A DNA stretch of 64,000 bases from Corallochytrium limacisporum Hawaii (lineage: Eukaryota > Protista > Pluriformea): contig PDIP01000064.1 of NCBI GenBank assembly GCA_002811645.1, positions 191,188-255,187 on the forward strand. The letters are read 5' to 3'. This document shows positions 12,232 through 23,884 of this stretch, piece after piece. The notes below the pieces were generated by a model, which was given only the letters and a program-made list of their open reading frames with translations, made no database searches and was not told the DNA's origin. A program made the translations under genes and the position numbers. The first letter of the stretch is position 1, and each line of letters begins with the position of its first letter.

Positions 12232-15200
12232 ACGCTAGTGGTCATCCTCTGTGAAGTTGAGACTTCAAACATCTTCCCTACAGCTCTAAAATACCGAAAT
12301 GTAGACACACAGACTAGGTAGACTATGCTGAGAAGGCGGCCATGAACACAATCATCGATTTCTGGATTCAAAAATATATTTTAGAGCTGTGCTGGCGACT
12401 CGACTCGTACGGAGCACAAGATTGTGGGGTGAGGTCATCTCCTTCTAATGGTTCACGGTGGCAAGGAGCCAGAGGAGAGGAAAGCGCGGGGCCAGACGAG
12501 CCTCCCACAGGCCCAGTGTGCCATCGACGTAGTGCACTGAGTGTGGTATGCTTCGACTCTATGGGACACTCCTATGCTTCCATTGTGACGGTACCATGAC
12601 AAACTATTCGGGTTTTATTGACTGGGATGGTATTGACAAGGAGCAACGATGCTTTCTAGAATCAAATGTATATATATATATATATATTGATGGACCCTTT
12701 ACGAGCACGGAGACCTCGTACCGCCAAATCCCCATGGCTATGAGAGTCGTTCCCCTTGATATCGGATTAAACGAATGCATCGGCCATTAGGGTGCACGTC
12801 CCTCTGCGGTAACATGAATCATTTAGCTGATTGAGTTGTCTTCGTACAGATGTTTGATAGTGTCAATGTTACACGCACAGATGACTATTCTTATCGGATC
12901 AGCAATTGTCCATCATCGCTGTGCTTGCCATTCTCTCAAGATGATTGATCATCCTCGAGATACTGATAGACCATGTGTTGGGTTTGGAATCAAGGATTTT
13001 CCCTGGGTTACCCCCCCCGGGGGGGGGGGGGTTGCCTTGTTCATTTGCCACTGCTTTTAGCGCACTTCTCTGCGGTACGTGTATGTTCGGAGCAAACTTG
13101 TGCACCAATGATCATGGAGCATCCAAACAGTATTGCTCACACTGTGGCCCAATTGCTGTTGGTGATCATCATAGATGTTTGCTTCAAACCTTTGCATATC
13201 AGTACAACCACAAGAACACATGCACCAGGAGAGCAGCGCCCGTTGAGTGGCTTTCCATGAGCCTTTGGCAGCGACGCGGACAATGACACTGTCATAGTTT
13301 GTATGCAACGATGCCATGTCCAATCACATCGAAGAAGGAAATGAAGAACTACAAACGTATAAAGATGCAGTCTATGTTCTCCATAGGACCTAGAAGACGC
13401 GTCCGAAATGACGCCAGCAAAGAAGCAGCACAGATAATGCATCCTAGCATATGAAAGGACACACACCAGCTAGCTACCAATCTACTGGCGCCCCTTAGTG
13501 AGGAACGGGTGTGTGAATTGGCTGGAAACGGTCGCTAGGGACGACCGCGAAAAGAAAATTGAAAGGGTCCGCTTGTAGATAGGGGGGGAGTGACCATACA
13601 AAAGCTATGGAAAGGTGGGGACGATTTCGTAGTCTTCTGCAGCTTTCAAGAGCGGACCGCTTTTCACTCTCCGCGTGGTGTGGAGGTGGGCATGCACGCG
13701 GTGGCGTTATCGCGCTACAGACAGACACCCTGTTGCCCATACTGACGAAGCACCTATGTCAATGTTTTCGCAAGTACATTGCTCCTGTAAAGAATTCCTT
13801 CAAGAAAGTGACCGGTTTTGCGTAGTAAAACCCAATGGTTTACCACAAAGTTCCCCAGTGGGTATCACAAAGTTCCCCTAGTGGGTACCACATACCGTGT
13901 GGAGGCTGACCATTGAGTCAGGTACATACCCTGGGCTGTGGGAGCGGGCAAGCGAACTAGGGGGACAATGGAACACTACTTTGACGTTGACAGCTACGGC
14001 TATGGCCTTCTTCAGCTATCACCGGCATTGACTAACACTGTACGAGGGTTGTCTAAGGTGAACAAAGAACGACCGAGAGGTGTAGAAATGGATACGAAGA
14101 GCTCAACAGCAACAAAAGCAACAGCGGTAGCAGATGTCATACGGCCCTGCAATGGATGATCTTGCAAGGCTCTGGTCTAACGGGACCCTCCCTACCGACC
14201 GATGGTGGATCTGCCAGGCAACGGGAAGGGTGACACGTCTCTGGTGATCAGACAATGCTGTTTCAGTATTAAATATATAACCGAATAGTCCGCAATTTTC
14301 CATATCGTCTGAACATCGGGGCTCTGTCATGCAAACTTAGAGCGTTTTTTCCTATCACTGCCCTTTATTTTCCTTTGTGCAACACAAAATTCTACAGCTT
14401 TTGGATTAGCGCTCGAACGCTATGCGTTGACAGCACACAAGACCTTTATCATCGCCGGACCAGCACAAGTATGATTTTCTTGTGCTGCTGCTGAGGATGT
14501 CGATGAAAGGTGTGAGAAGTGAAGCCGCGGTCTAGTACAGAAAGTACTGCATGTGCAGGCCCTTTACGCACTCCTCACAATGGTTGGATAACCCACGCAG
14601 CTTTCTCGTTCTCGGTTGGTCAATACAATCACAAGAAATCTTGCGCTATCAACAGCAACCGTCACTTCGGTGTCTCCTTGGAAAACAGAGAAGAGAGAAA
14701 AATGAAGGAGTTTTTCGTGTGGTCCCTAACTTGGCTTATCCCTCGATCTGCCTTCGAACCCTCTCGCCAAGGTGTCCGACCGAATCGTACGACTGACACT
14801 GTTTGGAGAACCCTGCCAACAGTGTATACTAAATATATGGAGAAAAATTCATAACTACGGAACGAACTGTCGGTGTGCGTACCAGTCACACGTAAGGACG
14901 CGACGAGCCTTCCCTCCATCGCCCTTTCCCCCCACCTCCGTCCCGCCTCCCTCACTCCCGGTGCTCACTATGGCTTGTCCCCCCGTTGCGTCGGCTACGG
15001 TTGGGAGCAAGCCGACAAGTGCCGTGAAGGGAAACTATGGAAAAGCCCTAAAGGAGTTTCAGTGTTCGTGTAGTTAGTTTTCTATCGGTTGTGCGTTGGA
15101 TGTAGCAAAAGAAAGAACCTCAAGAAGTTCCTTCTTTTCGATCATATTGACCATTTCCATTTGCTTCCGTTGGTTGGCTGGTAGCACCGTTGCTCTGTAG

Positions 15201-15733
15201 GCGTTGAAATAAGTAGTAATGGTTGGTTGGGATAGTGTACAACACCAAGGACTTCATGTGCTCAGTCCCACTGGGGTTGTAGTCGTAGTCCAATTGCATG
15301 CGTTGACCAGCCGAAGCGCCCCGGATAAGCTGCTACAAGAGACCGTGCAGATCGTAGACAAAAACATCACTTTCAGATTTTACTCAGCATACTTGTATCC
15401 GTGTGACTAAAGAAGCAGTGAAATCAAAACGACGAGCCAGTCAACCCAGGGGAACCTTGCAAACACAAGCAACGGATCGAAAGGAAGGAGCACTAGCAAC
15501 ACAGAGAAAACAAGGAAGGAAGCGGGGTGTTAAAGACGGGAAACCGCATCTATAGAACCCGGAGAGATCGTAAAACGATATCCATCCCTCGCGTGTAAAG
15601 TAGTTTTGCCACCATTGCAATCAAGGACCGATTAGTTACGGGACAAACGTTCCAGTGGACTGCAGAAACAATTGGGAGACTTTTACTTTTCTTCAATTGA
15701 ACCGAACCTCGACTCACAATCACAGAAGTAACC

Positions 15734-17287
15734 ATGAGTAATAACAACGCTAGCGGTAGTCGGCCCAGTCTGAAGCATGAGCCTGCTGCGTTTCCTTCCC
15801 TTTTTAAACCGGGACACATCCACCAGTCAAAGCCTGGTAACAACTCTAACACAATGGAACGCCGTCGCCGTCTGAACATGCGGTCTTCATTTGACAATTT
15901 GCGCTCCGTCGTGCCGGATCTGGATGACTTTGCCAAGCCTTCTACTATTCAGATTCTGCGCACCGCTGCCCAGTACATTACCCGGATCACATTCAAGTTC
16001 CAGGAGATGCAGCGCCACGCTGCCCAGCTCCACGAAGAGCACGACCGGCTTGAGGACCAGTATCTGCGTATGTGCAAGAAGGCTGGTGTCCGACCCCAGC
16101 AAGCACCTCAGTTCCAACCTCCCATGCCCATTACCGAGGTTACCGACGGCATGCATAGTATGCAGATGCGTGACTCTGCCGGATCTGCTGCTGCTGCGGC
16201 GATGATCTACGCTCAGAATGGCAACTTCCGTGACTCTAACGCAAGCACCATCTCCAACAATTCCTCACTGGGTGGATCTTTCAGTGGCGCCCCTGTTCCT
16301 CAGGTACCTGGTCTGACTCCAGAACAGATGGCCCATCTCTCTCCCCAGCAAAAGGCGCACATTCTGCATCAGCAGCGACAACAGATTCAGGCTGCTGCTT
16401 TGCGCTCCCAACAGCGCCGCCATATCCTCAACCAACATCTCCACCATCACATGGCCGGTGCTATTGACGGAGGTATTCCTCTGAGCCAAGACGGATTCCC
16501 TCTCGGCCAGCCTCTGCCCAAGAACATGTCTGCTAACGCTAAAGAGCAACAGCAGAATGGTGCTCCAGGCAATGGCAGCAACGGAAACGCCCCCGCTCAG
16601 GCCAGTGGCCAGCAAAAGCAGCCTGTTAATACCTCCGGACAGCCTGGCGCTGCCGGACAGCAGCGCGGCTCTGTTGGTGATGGCTTGAACATGCCCCTCG
16701 TCTCGCAGGCCCGCACTCCAATGCAGATGGCCATGCACCTCAATGGTGCCGGTGCCCTAATGAGCGCAGCCAGTCTGGAGAAGCTCAATATTGCGGCAGA
16801 TGAGATGGACACCAGCAGTGCTATTGGTGCCGATGGTCTTGTGCAGCCTTTTATGCCCAACTTCACTCGGACGAATGAGCTGTCTGTTGGGCTACCGTTG
16901 GGTGATGTGAAGCTCAGCAAGCTGAACGGATCCAATGACAACATGAAACCAAACGAGCTCGGATCCCTAAGCAACTTGTTCAAGCTCAGCGACAGCCGCA
17001 CTTCGCTGTTTTCCCCGCGTCTGCTGCTAAAGACTGGCATGACCCCTCGCTCTCCAAAGGGTGCGCTGACCATTACCGGTCTAACCCCCCGGGATGGCAT
17101 GCCCTCCATTGCCGGAATGGATGTACATTTTGACTTCAGCACGCCCCGTGGACAGAAGGTTGCCTCCACCCTCGGCAGCAACGGCAGTCTCGGCCCCAAG
17201 CGTGACTCTATGCTCAACATTGAATCGTTCTTCTCGAAGGATGCGGCCAAGACCAACAACCTCCCCACCACCAGCACCAGGTCATAG
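15734..17287 (+). CDS. bHLH-leucine zipper transcription factor of the Myc/Max/Mxd network type, with a long Q/N/G-rich tail
   Basis: NTMERRRRLNMRSSFDNLRSVVP (basic region and helix 1), PSTIQILRTAAQYI (helix 2), heptad I-M-L-L-M zipper; accATG context. Confidence 0.88.
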   Translation: MSNNNASGSRPSLKHEPAAFPSLFKPGHIHQSKPGNNSNTMERRRRLNMRSSFDNLRSVVPDLDDFAKPSTIQILRTAAQYITRITFKFQEMQRHAAQLHEEHDRLEDQYLRMCKKAGVRPQQAPQFQPPMPITEVTDGMHSMQMRDSAGSAAAAAMIYAQNGNFRDSNASTISNNSSLGGSFSGAPVPQVPGLTPEQMAHLSPQQKAHILHQQRQQIQAAALRSQQRRHILNQHLHHHMAGAIDGGIPLSQDGFPLGQPLPKNMSANAKEQQQNGAPGNGSNGNAPAQASGQQKQPVNTSGQPGAAGQQRGSVGDGLNMPLVSQARTPMQMAMHLNGAGALMSAASLEKLNIAADEMDTSSAIGADGLVQPFMPNFTRTNELSVGLPLGDVKLSKLNGSNDNMKPNELGSLSNLFKLSDSRTSLFSPRLLLKTGMTPRSPKGALTITGLTPRDGMPSIAGMDVHFDFSTPRGQKVASTLGSNGSLGPKRDSMLNIESFFSKDAAKTNNLPTTSTRS

Positions 17288-17567
17288 GTTTCCATAAGTT
17301 TGCGAGGGAACCGATCTGAGTTGCCCAACAAAATGATCAGCCCCCAACAAAACAATCCTACCAAAAGAACGTCAAGAGAGCCAAATCAACTTGGACGACC
17401 TGAAAATATAAAATTTGCGCTTGTACAGCGTAACTGTTCCATTTTAAAAAATGCAGGTACTTAATGATGCAGTTATTATCGGATTGATACGGCCCATGGA
17501 GCTGAGTTGAATCTAATGTTCATAGAATGGTGTATAGTTCGTAGGCGTGCGAAGAGCATTGACAACA

Positions 17568-18617
17568 ATGCCATTGCCACTGCAATGTCCGTCCATCAAA
17601 TTGCGCAGTGGGATATGTATGCCCATGCTGGGGCTTGGCACTTTCAAAGTCAAGGATGAATCAGATGTTGAGACCGCAGTTCGGGCTGCTGTGAAGCATG
17701 GATATAGACGCATCGATACGGCAAAAGTCTACCGCAATGAGAGTATGATAGGAAAGGTCTTGAAGGAGATTCAGTCACCTACAGACGGAAGACAGATATG
17801 GATCACTACCAAACTTGGACCTAAAGATCAAGGTTATGATCAGGCCATAAAGGCTGTTGAAAAGTCACTAACAGACTTAGGGGTTGACTGTATCGACCTC
17901 ATCCTAATCCATTGGCCTGGCAGCCAGGGACTGCAGCCGGACGACAGCCAACACCGGATCATGCGCAGCCAGACTTGGCAGGCTCTTTTGGACGCTAAGT
18001 CCAGGGGCCTCTGCCGAAGCGTTGGTGTGTCAAATTACACTGTACGCCACTTGAAGGAACTGGCGGAAGATTTGCTTGCTGGAGAATCAGACCCATCTTT
18101 GCTCCCTGAAATCAATCAGGTCGAGTATCACCCGCTGTTTCGTCAGGATGAATTGCGTGCCTACTGTGCAGAGCACGGGATCGCAGTAGAGGCATACAGT
18201 GTGCTTGGAAAAGGTCTTTTCTTCCCCAAGAGTAATGGATCCTGGGATCTGCCCGCTGATCTGACAATGGCAATGGCCCCGAAACTGTCTGCATCGCTTG
18301 ACCAGTTGGCTACGATCGCACACGACAGCAATCTTGCCATATCAGACATGCTCATGCGCTACGTTGTGGCCAAGGGTTACCCACTGTGCCCTAAATCAGT
18401 CCACGAGAGCTACATTAAGGCGAACGGTAGGACTATCACAGACGAGTGCAGAGCTCACCCGTCTCGGTACGTTGAGTATGACCGGTGGCCAGTGGCAGAG
18501 GACAGGATAGCAGACCCACAAGCAACACCCGAGGCTCTGTCCAATGCAGTGATCGAGGCTTTGGATGCTATCGAGCTGCAGTACAAGATCGCCTGGAACC
18601 CGGACGTGATACGATAA
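17568..18617 (+). CDS. Aldo-keto reductase
   Basis: MPMLGLGTF, GYRRIDTAKVY, ITTKL, LILIHWP (D-Y-K-H tetrad), SVGVSNY, NQVEYHP. Start moved from the track's GTG at 17547 to the ATG at 17568. Confidence 0.95.
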   Translation: MPLPLQCPSIKLRSGICMPMLGLGTFKVKDESDVETAVRAAVKHGYRRIDTAKVYRNESMIGKVLKEIQSPTDGRQIWITTKLGPKDQGYDQAIKAVEKSLTDLGVDCIDLILIHWPGSQGLQPDDSQHRIMRSQTWQALLDAKSRGLCRSVGVSNYTVRHLKELAEDLLAGESDPSLLPEINQVEYHPLFRQDELRAYCAEHGIAVEAYSVLGKGLFFPKSNGSWDLPADLTMAMAPKLSASLDQLATIAHDSNLAISDMLMRYVVAKGYPLCPKSVHESYIKANGRTITDECRAHPSRYVEYDRWPVAEDRIADPQATPEALSNAVIEALDAIELQYKIAWNPDVIR

Positions 18618-18926
18618 AGGAACTTGGTTAAAGAAATATATATACTCACCGGTATCATGGAGAGCCGTCCCATCCCTTCCCGGACGTGCTGAGCAATTCC
18701 GTATGGTTTCCAATTTACCTGTTAGGGTGAGGGGGAATAGCAGAGGGCCACCCCCACCTTTAGATGTCCTCCTGCTATCTAAGGAGGGAGAGATTTTGTG
18801 TGCTAGTTTTGTTGTTTGCGGCAGCGGGTCTCACGACAAGGGGTAGATAATGGCGAGTACCGCGGTAAGATCAACCAGATAATGAGACTTTTGAGAGTAG
18901 TGTGTAGACATAGATGGAAATGAAAA

Positions 18927-20378
18927 ATGCCAGGACGAGCCACAAATGGCCAGCAAGCGCGGGCACAAGGAGCACCACAGCCGAATCAGCAACCCAAAGG
19001 TGAAGATGTTCATAGGGCATTACTCAAGAGGGGCTATCTAGTTTTGCCTATCTCGTTGTGTATCGCTGTCGTCGCCGCCCTGGTCGGTATTGGTGGCATG
19101 TACTTCGATCAGGTCCACACTGTGAGAGAATTGCAGGAAAGTTTGGGAGAGCAGGGGGCAAGTCCTTCCGATCCTCAATCTGCAAAGGCAGACGAGGAGA
19201 AAGAACTCATGTCGAGGAAGTTGGAGTTCCTCAAGGACCAGCTGGAAGAGACACGCGCTCGTGTGGCAAAGTGCTTTGAAGACTACGCAACGAGCCACAA
19301 ATTCTCACTGCCAGACGGGCCCACTCTTACGGAGGTTGACCGCCGCTCAGATCTAACTTTTGAAGAATTCTTTCACGAGTATGAACGAAAGAGCAAACCG
19401 GTTATCATTACAGACTATGCGGGAAAAGTGTTTCCTGGCGGACTTTGGAGTATAGAAAGGATCAGAGAGGCCTGCGGAGACCAGGAATTCACAGCAAAGC
19501 GAAAGAATCTACGCAGTACAGAGTGGGCTCTGCTAGAGGATGTCGGAGAGAAGAACGTGGGCGAGTTCATAGACTACTACCAGGAACAGAAGCAATCTCG
19601 AGCGGATGAGAATCCTCTGTATCTCTTTGATTGGCCCCTACACAACTGTGACGAAACACTGCTGCGACCCGACAGCTTCATCATGCCGAAGTATTTTGCG
19701 GGAGACTTTCTCAGAAGGCAACCGAGACTGAGAAAGGGTACCCGAGCACACAAGGTCCTGGACGGTGTTAAGCTTGACATTGCCTTCCCCACTCTGTTCA
19801 TGAGCAATGACGGAACATCCAGCGGTATGCATATCGACGGATATGGATCAAGCTTCTGGATGATCCTCCTTGAGGGCGAAAAGCACTGGGTCTTCTTTGA
19901 TCCCGCGGATATCCCACTGCTCTATGAAAACCGGGAGACTTTTGTCATGGATGTTGATGTGAGGCCCGTAACGAAGTACGGACGTGTACCTAACGGTGAA
20001 AACAAGGCAGAAGCTGCCAAAACCTTGTTGGAAGAGAAACCGTTGGTCAGGTTCGCTCATGGATTTGAGGTCGTCCTCAAGCCCGGAGAACTGCTCTTTG
20101 TGCCCGCCGGAACGCCTCACCAGGTCAGTAATGTCGGCGACGCCGTCGCTGTCTGTGGTAACTATGTCGATGAAGCGAACCTGGACTATGCCTTGTCAGC
20201 CACCAGTTCTGAATGGTACCGTAATGACTACCTCTATCATTGGATGATGACTGTACCCCGGGGAAATCCTAAGACCCAGCAAGATATGACATACCTTGAC
20301 TACCGCAAGGGTGTGGACATCATGTCGTACACGAGAGATCAGATCCTCTACGGAGACACAGAGAAACGACGGATTTGA
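18927..20378 (+). CDS. JmjC-domain 2-oxoglutarate/Fe(II) oxygenase with an N-terminal transmembrane anchor and coiled coil
   Basis: FEEFFHEYERKSKPVII, YLFDW, GMHID (HxD), GEKHWVFF, LKPGELLFVPAGTPHQVSN (distal His); TM LVLPISLCIAVVAALVGIGGMYF. Confidence 0.92.
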   Translation: MPGRATNGQQARAQGAPQPNQQPKGEDVHRALLKRGYLVLPISLCIAVVAALVGIGGMYFDQVHTVRELQESLGEQGASPSDPQSAKADEEKELMSRKLEFLKDQLEETRARVAKCFEDYATSHKFSLPDGPTLTEVDRRSDLTFEEFFHEYERKSKPVIITDYAGKVFPGGLWSIERIREACGDQEFTAKRKNLRSTEWALLEDVGEKNVGEFIDYYQEQKQSRADENPLYLFDWPLHNCDETLLRPDSFIMPKYFAGDFLRRQPRLRKGTRAHKVLDGVKLDIAFPTLFMSNDGTSSGMHIDGYGSSFWMILLEGEKHWVFFDPADIPLLYENRETFVMDVDVRPVTKYGRVPNGENKAEAAKTLLEEKPLVRFAHGFEVVLKPGELLFVPAGTPHQVSNVGDAVAVCGNYVDEANLDYALSATSSEWYRNDYLYHWMMTVPRGNPKTQQDMTYLDYRKGVDIMSYTRDQILYGDTEKRRI

Positions 20379-20480
20379 ATGTGAGCAACGCACAGTGCAG
20401 ATGCCTTGCTACAACTGAGTTTCTGATTATGCAAGTAGATTTAATTTTTATGTGTACTCGATGCAATGTAAGCTACAACT

Positions 20481-22256
20481 TTAAGCCATGGTACGTTTGT
20501 TCTGGTCGTGGTCCTCAGGCTTCATCGCAGGGAACAGCAGGACCTCCTTGATATTGTTGGAGTCGGTAAGAAACATGCACAGACGATCGATGCCCAGCCC
20601 CCAACCACCGGTGGGTGGTAGACCGTATTCTAGAGCGTTCACGAAGGTCTCATCCACGCCCTGTGCCTCCTCATCACCCGCATCTATGTCCTTCTGCTGC
20701 AGTTCAAACATGGCACGCTGAACCATCGGGTTGTTCAGCTCAGTGTAAGCGTTACAGATCTCCTTGGTGGCAACGAAGCATTCGAAGCGTTCTGTAACAC
20801 CAGGCTTCGAACGGTGGTACTTAGCCAGCGGAGACATGATCTGGGGGTGCTCAGTGATGAAGGTTGGGCTCACACACTCAACCTCGATGTACTCACCGAC
20901 CAGCTTATCCAGCAGACGAGCAGTTGTGCGAGGGGCACCACAATCGATGTTCTGCTTCACGCACAAATCATCTAGGAACTGCCGCATTTCATCGGTCTCA
21001 AACTTGCTGGAATCCGGGAACTTAACCTTTAACCGTTCTTCCAGACCCTCTACCATAGGGATACGCTTGAACGGGGGGGTGAAGTCAATTTCCATCTCCG
21101 GACCCTCGGGACCTTCTGGGTGGTATGAGAACTTGTAACTGCCCTTGATTGCCTTTACCATCCCACTGAGCATGGTCTCCGTGATCTCCATGAGGTCTTC
21201 GTAGTCCGCGTATGCCATGTAAAATTCCATGGCAGTGAACTCAGGGTTATGTGTCATGTCAATGCCCTCGTTGCGGAAGTTCTTCCCGATCTCATAGACA
21301 CGCTCCATACCGCCCACAATGAGCATCTTCAGATACAGCTCAGGAGCAATGCGCATGAACAGCTCCATGTTCAGATCGTTGTGGTGTGTCACAAATGGTT
21401 TAGCAGTCGCACCGCCAGCAATCATGTTCAGCATGGGAGTTTCGACCTCGAGGAAACCCATACCGTCCATGAAGCGACGCAAGTAGCTAATGATGCGGGC
21501 CCGAGTGTGAAAGATATTGTGTACGTCACGGTTGAGCATGAGGTCCAGGTAGCGCGCACGGTATCGGGCCTCTTTTTCCTTGAAACCAAAGTGATCGGAA
21601 GGTAGCATATGCAAGCAGGGACTGAGTATCTTAATGCTCTGAGCCATAATGGAGAACTCGCCACTCTTAGAACGGCAAGGTTTGCCGGTCACACCAACAA
21701 TGTCTCCACGACGAACCTTAGAGTGTTCCTCGAGGAAGTCGTCCGCTCCCTTCTCGTGGCGACTTGCCTCAGCCATGATCTGCACACGCTGACCGTCCTG
21801 ACGCAGATCATAGAAAAGCAACTTGGAACCACTGGCGCGCTTGGCGTAGATACGGCCAGCCACAGACATAACCTCATCGACCTCGTCACCATTGTTGGGG
21901 ACCTTGGGTTCGTACTGCTCAATCATATCGGGCAGGTTGATGGAAACGTAGTACTTATGAGGATAGGGATGTTCCCATTGTTTCACAGTACCCATGCGCA
22001 GCTCGTGGTACTTGGAAGGGTCAATATCGCCAGCCTCATCCTCTCCGGTGAGTTTCTTTTTAGATGCCGTGCCGCTCGCTGTCTGCTTGGCAGCCAGTTC
22101 CTTCTGCTTGGCCTCCTTCTCAAGAGCCTTCTGGGCCTGCTTGAGACGACGCTTCAGCTCACTCTTGGATATCTCTTCGCCGGGCTTGACGACTCCGAGA
22201 CGCTCAGCCTCCGCCCGAGTATCGGTGGCTGTGCCCTGATGATTCTGGTCAACCAT
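20481..22256 (-). CDS. KARS1: Lysyl-tRNA synthetase (class II, cytosolic eukaryotic type)
   Basis: OB-fold [74 protein letters not shown]. Confidence 0.98.
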   Translation of the reverse strand: MVDQNHQGTATDTRAEAERLGVVKPGEEISKSELKRRLKQAQKALEKEAKQKELAAKQTASGTASKKKLTGEDEAGDIDPSKYHELRMGTVKQWEHPYPHKYYVSINLPDMIEQYEPKVPNNGDEVDEVMSVAGRIYAKRASGSKLLFYDLRQDGQRVQIMAEASRHEKGADDFLEEHSKVRRGDIVGVTGKPCRSKSGEFSIMAQSIKILSPCLHMLPSDHFGFKEKEARYRARYLDLMLNRDVHNIFHTRARIISYLRRFMDGMGFLEVETPMLNMIAGGATAKPFVTHHNDLNMELFMRIAPELYLKMLIVGGMERVYEIGKNFRNEGIDMTHNPEFTAMEFYMAYADYEDLMEITETMLSGMVKAIKGSYKFSYHPEGPEGPEMEIDFTPPFKRIPMVEGLEERLKVKFPDSSKFETDEMRQFLDDLCVKQNIDCGAPRTTARLLDKLVGEYIEVECVSPTFITEHPQIMSPLAKYHRSKPGVTERFECFVATKEICNAYTELNNPMVQRAMFELQQKDIDAGDEEAQGVDETFVNALEYGLPPTGGWGLGIDRLCMFLTDSNNIKEVLLFPAMKPEDHDQNKRTMA

Positions 22257-22951
22257 TACTCTTGTGTTTGATTAAAGTTTCCCTATTCTATACTAACAGT
22301 ACAATAAGAGAATGAATGTCTGTGTAATGTTCCACCTGAACCATACGTACGCCATCCTTCAAAAACCCGGAGAGTAATTATGGACCGGCCAATAGCCAAG
22401 AAACGGTGTGCGAGGACACTACGATTGAATTAGCGTCTATGATTCCGCGCCATTGGTCCAAAACTTTCCCCATCAATCCGTAGGGGGGTGGGGGGGAAAT
22501 AACACAAAGGACGAGCCAGGGCACATGAGCAAGCAAGAATCTGCAGAAACGCGGCACACTGACCCTGCCCCGCCATGGGATGGGGAAGCATTCGCAGTCA
22601 TTTGCGCTCTCGTGTTTTTCCGTAGCGGGTACACGTGGAGTTTGCTCTCCCCTCTCCCTCCCTGGGGGCAACGCCAATGGAGCAGTTGGGGAGGGGGGGG
22701 TGTGGGGAGGGCGGCTTCCCGTTTACCTGGTCTTAGCTCTACTTTACCTTCTCCCTTTGCTGACCTCCCGTCCCGCCGAAAGGCCTTAAATGAGGGCTGG
22801 GAGACCGAGAGACAAATAGGCCCCGATTCATCACCTCTGTCGATCATAGTCCGCATCAGTGTCGCGGACGTCATTTTTTAAGGTGAACATAGTGTGTGCA
22901 TGAGAAGCCAACAAGAGAAGAAAGTTTGCGTTTACTAAAATGAAAAAGACA

Positions 22952-23884
22952 TTACAGAGCGGCGTTGCCAACCAGGTCGACGTAAGCGTTTGAGATGACC
23001 TTGACGTTGCGCTCCTTCACCCAGACCTCGAACAGAACGCGATTCTTGTTAGTATCATCACGCCACATGCGGGTCTCCAAGGTTTCGCCCGGAAACACTG
23101 GGGAAGCAAATCGGACCTTGATGGCACGGAAGCGGCTGGCATCATTGTTGGCAAAGGTCTTCAGCACAGCAGACGCCCCGTGGCCGAAAGTGCACAGGCC
23201 GTGGAGGATGGGCTTCGGGAACTTGACCATCTTGGCAATTTCTGGGTCAGCATGCAGAGGGTTGTAGTCACCAGACAAACGGTACATCAAAGCTTGGATT
23301 TCGCTGGTCTTTTGAGAGTGAACTGCATCGGGCTCGCGCTTAGGTGCTGCATAGCTAGGTTCTGGAGCCTTCTTCTCACCACCGAAACCACCCATGCCAC
23401 GAATAAAACCACCGCTTACCATGCGGCAGAGCAGATCACCAGTCTTGGGGTCCGCAAGTGACGTTTCGGTGTCTATAAGCAGGCCGCTGCCCTTATCGTA
23501 GACACCGAGAACCTTGGTTGTCATCATCAGGTCTGCCTCAGTGGGCAAGGGGCGCAGAACTTCAAGATACTGTTCACCGTGCAGTGCCATGCTAGGATTG
23601 TACGGAGGGATTCCGGGAATGGATCCAGCCTTGGGCGGCATCCGAGCGCTGGTGGGGTGCGGAGATCCGAACTCGACAACATCGAAGGAGTCGCCTTTGA
23701 AGGTGAGGACCACAGGGAATGTGGGGAACATGGCAAACTGTGGATTTAGCTCATAGCTGTAGCGCAAATCAGTAGCACCAATACCCAACGCGTACATGAT
23801 CAAATCTCGTCGATTGTACTTGGTCAAGGTGTTGGTGGCCACAAACCCCTTTGCAAGCTCAGGCTTGACATCTTTGCCGGACAT
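22952..23884 (-). CDS. Stand-alone enoyl-CoA hydratase 2 (double hot-dog / MaoC fold, peroxisomal MFE-2 hydratase-like)
   Basis: YALGIGA, LHGEQYL, DKGSG, hydratase-2 motif YRLSGDYNPLHADP, PILHGLCTFG, RFASPVFPGETL. Confidence 0.93.
   Translation of the reverse strand: MSGKDVKPELAKGFVATNTLTKYNRRDLIMYALGIGATDLRYSYELNPQFAMFPTFPVVLTFKGDSFDVVEFGSPHPTSARMPPKAGSIPGIPPYNPSMALHGEQYLEVLRPLPTEADLMMTTKVLGVYDKGSGLLIDTETSLADPKTGDLLCRMVSGGFIRGMGGFGGEKKAPEPSYAAPKREPDAVHSQKTSEIQALMYRLSGDYNPLHADPEIAKMVKFPKPILHGLCTFGHGASAVLKTFANNDASRFRAIKVRFASPVFPGETLETRMWRDDTNKNRVLFEVWVKERNVKVISNAYVDLVGNAAL

Noticed and set aside
22291-22299. TACTAACAG branch-point/acceptor-like word
   Set aside because: On the strand opposite KARS1, with no + strand gene to splice
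22632-22637. CACGTG E-boxes upstream of KARS1, the PPR/RING pair and AMD1
   Set aside because: A 6-mer is expected many times by chance in 64 kb; no visible enrichment
22871-22951. Cryptic PTS1 by readthrough of the hydratase stop
   Set aside because: TAA stop; the extension ends in HLKK, not a PTS1
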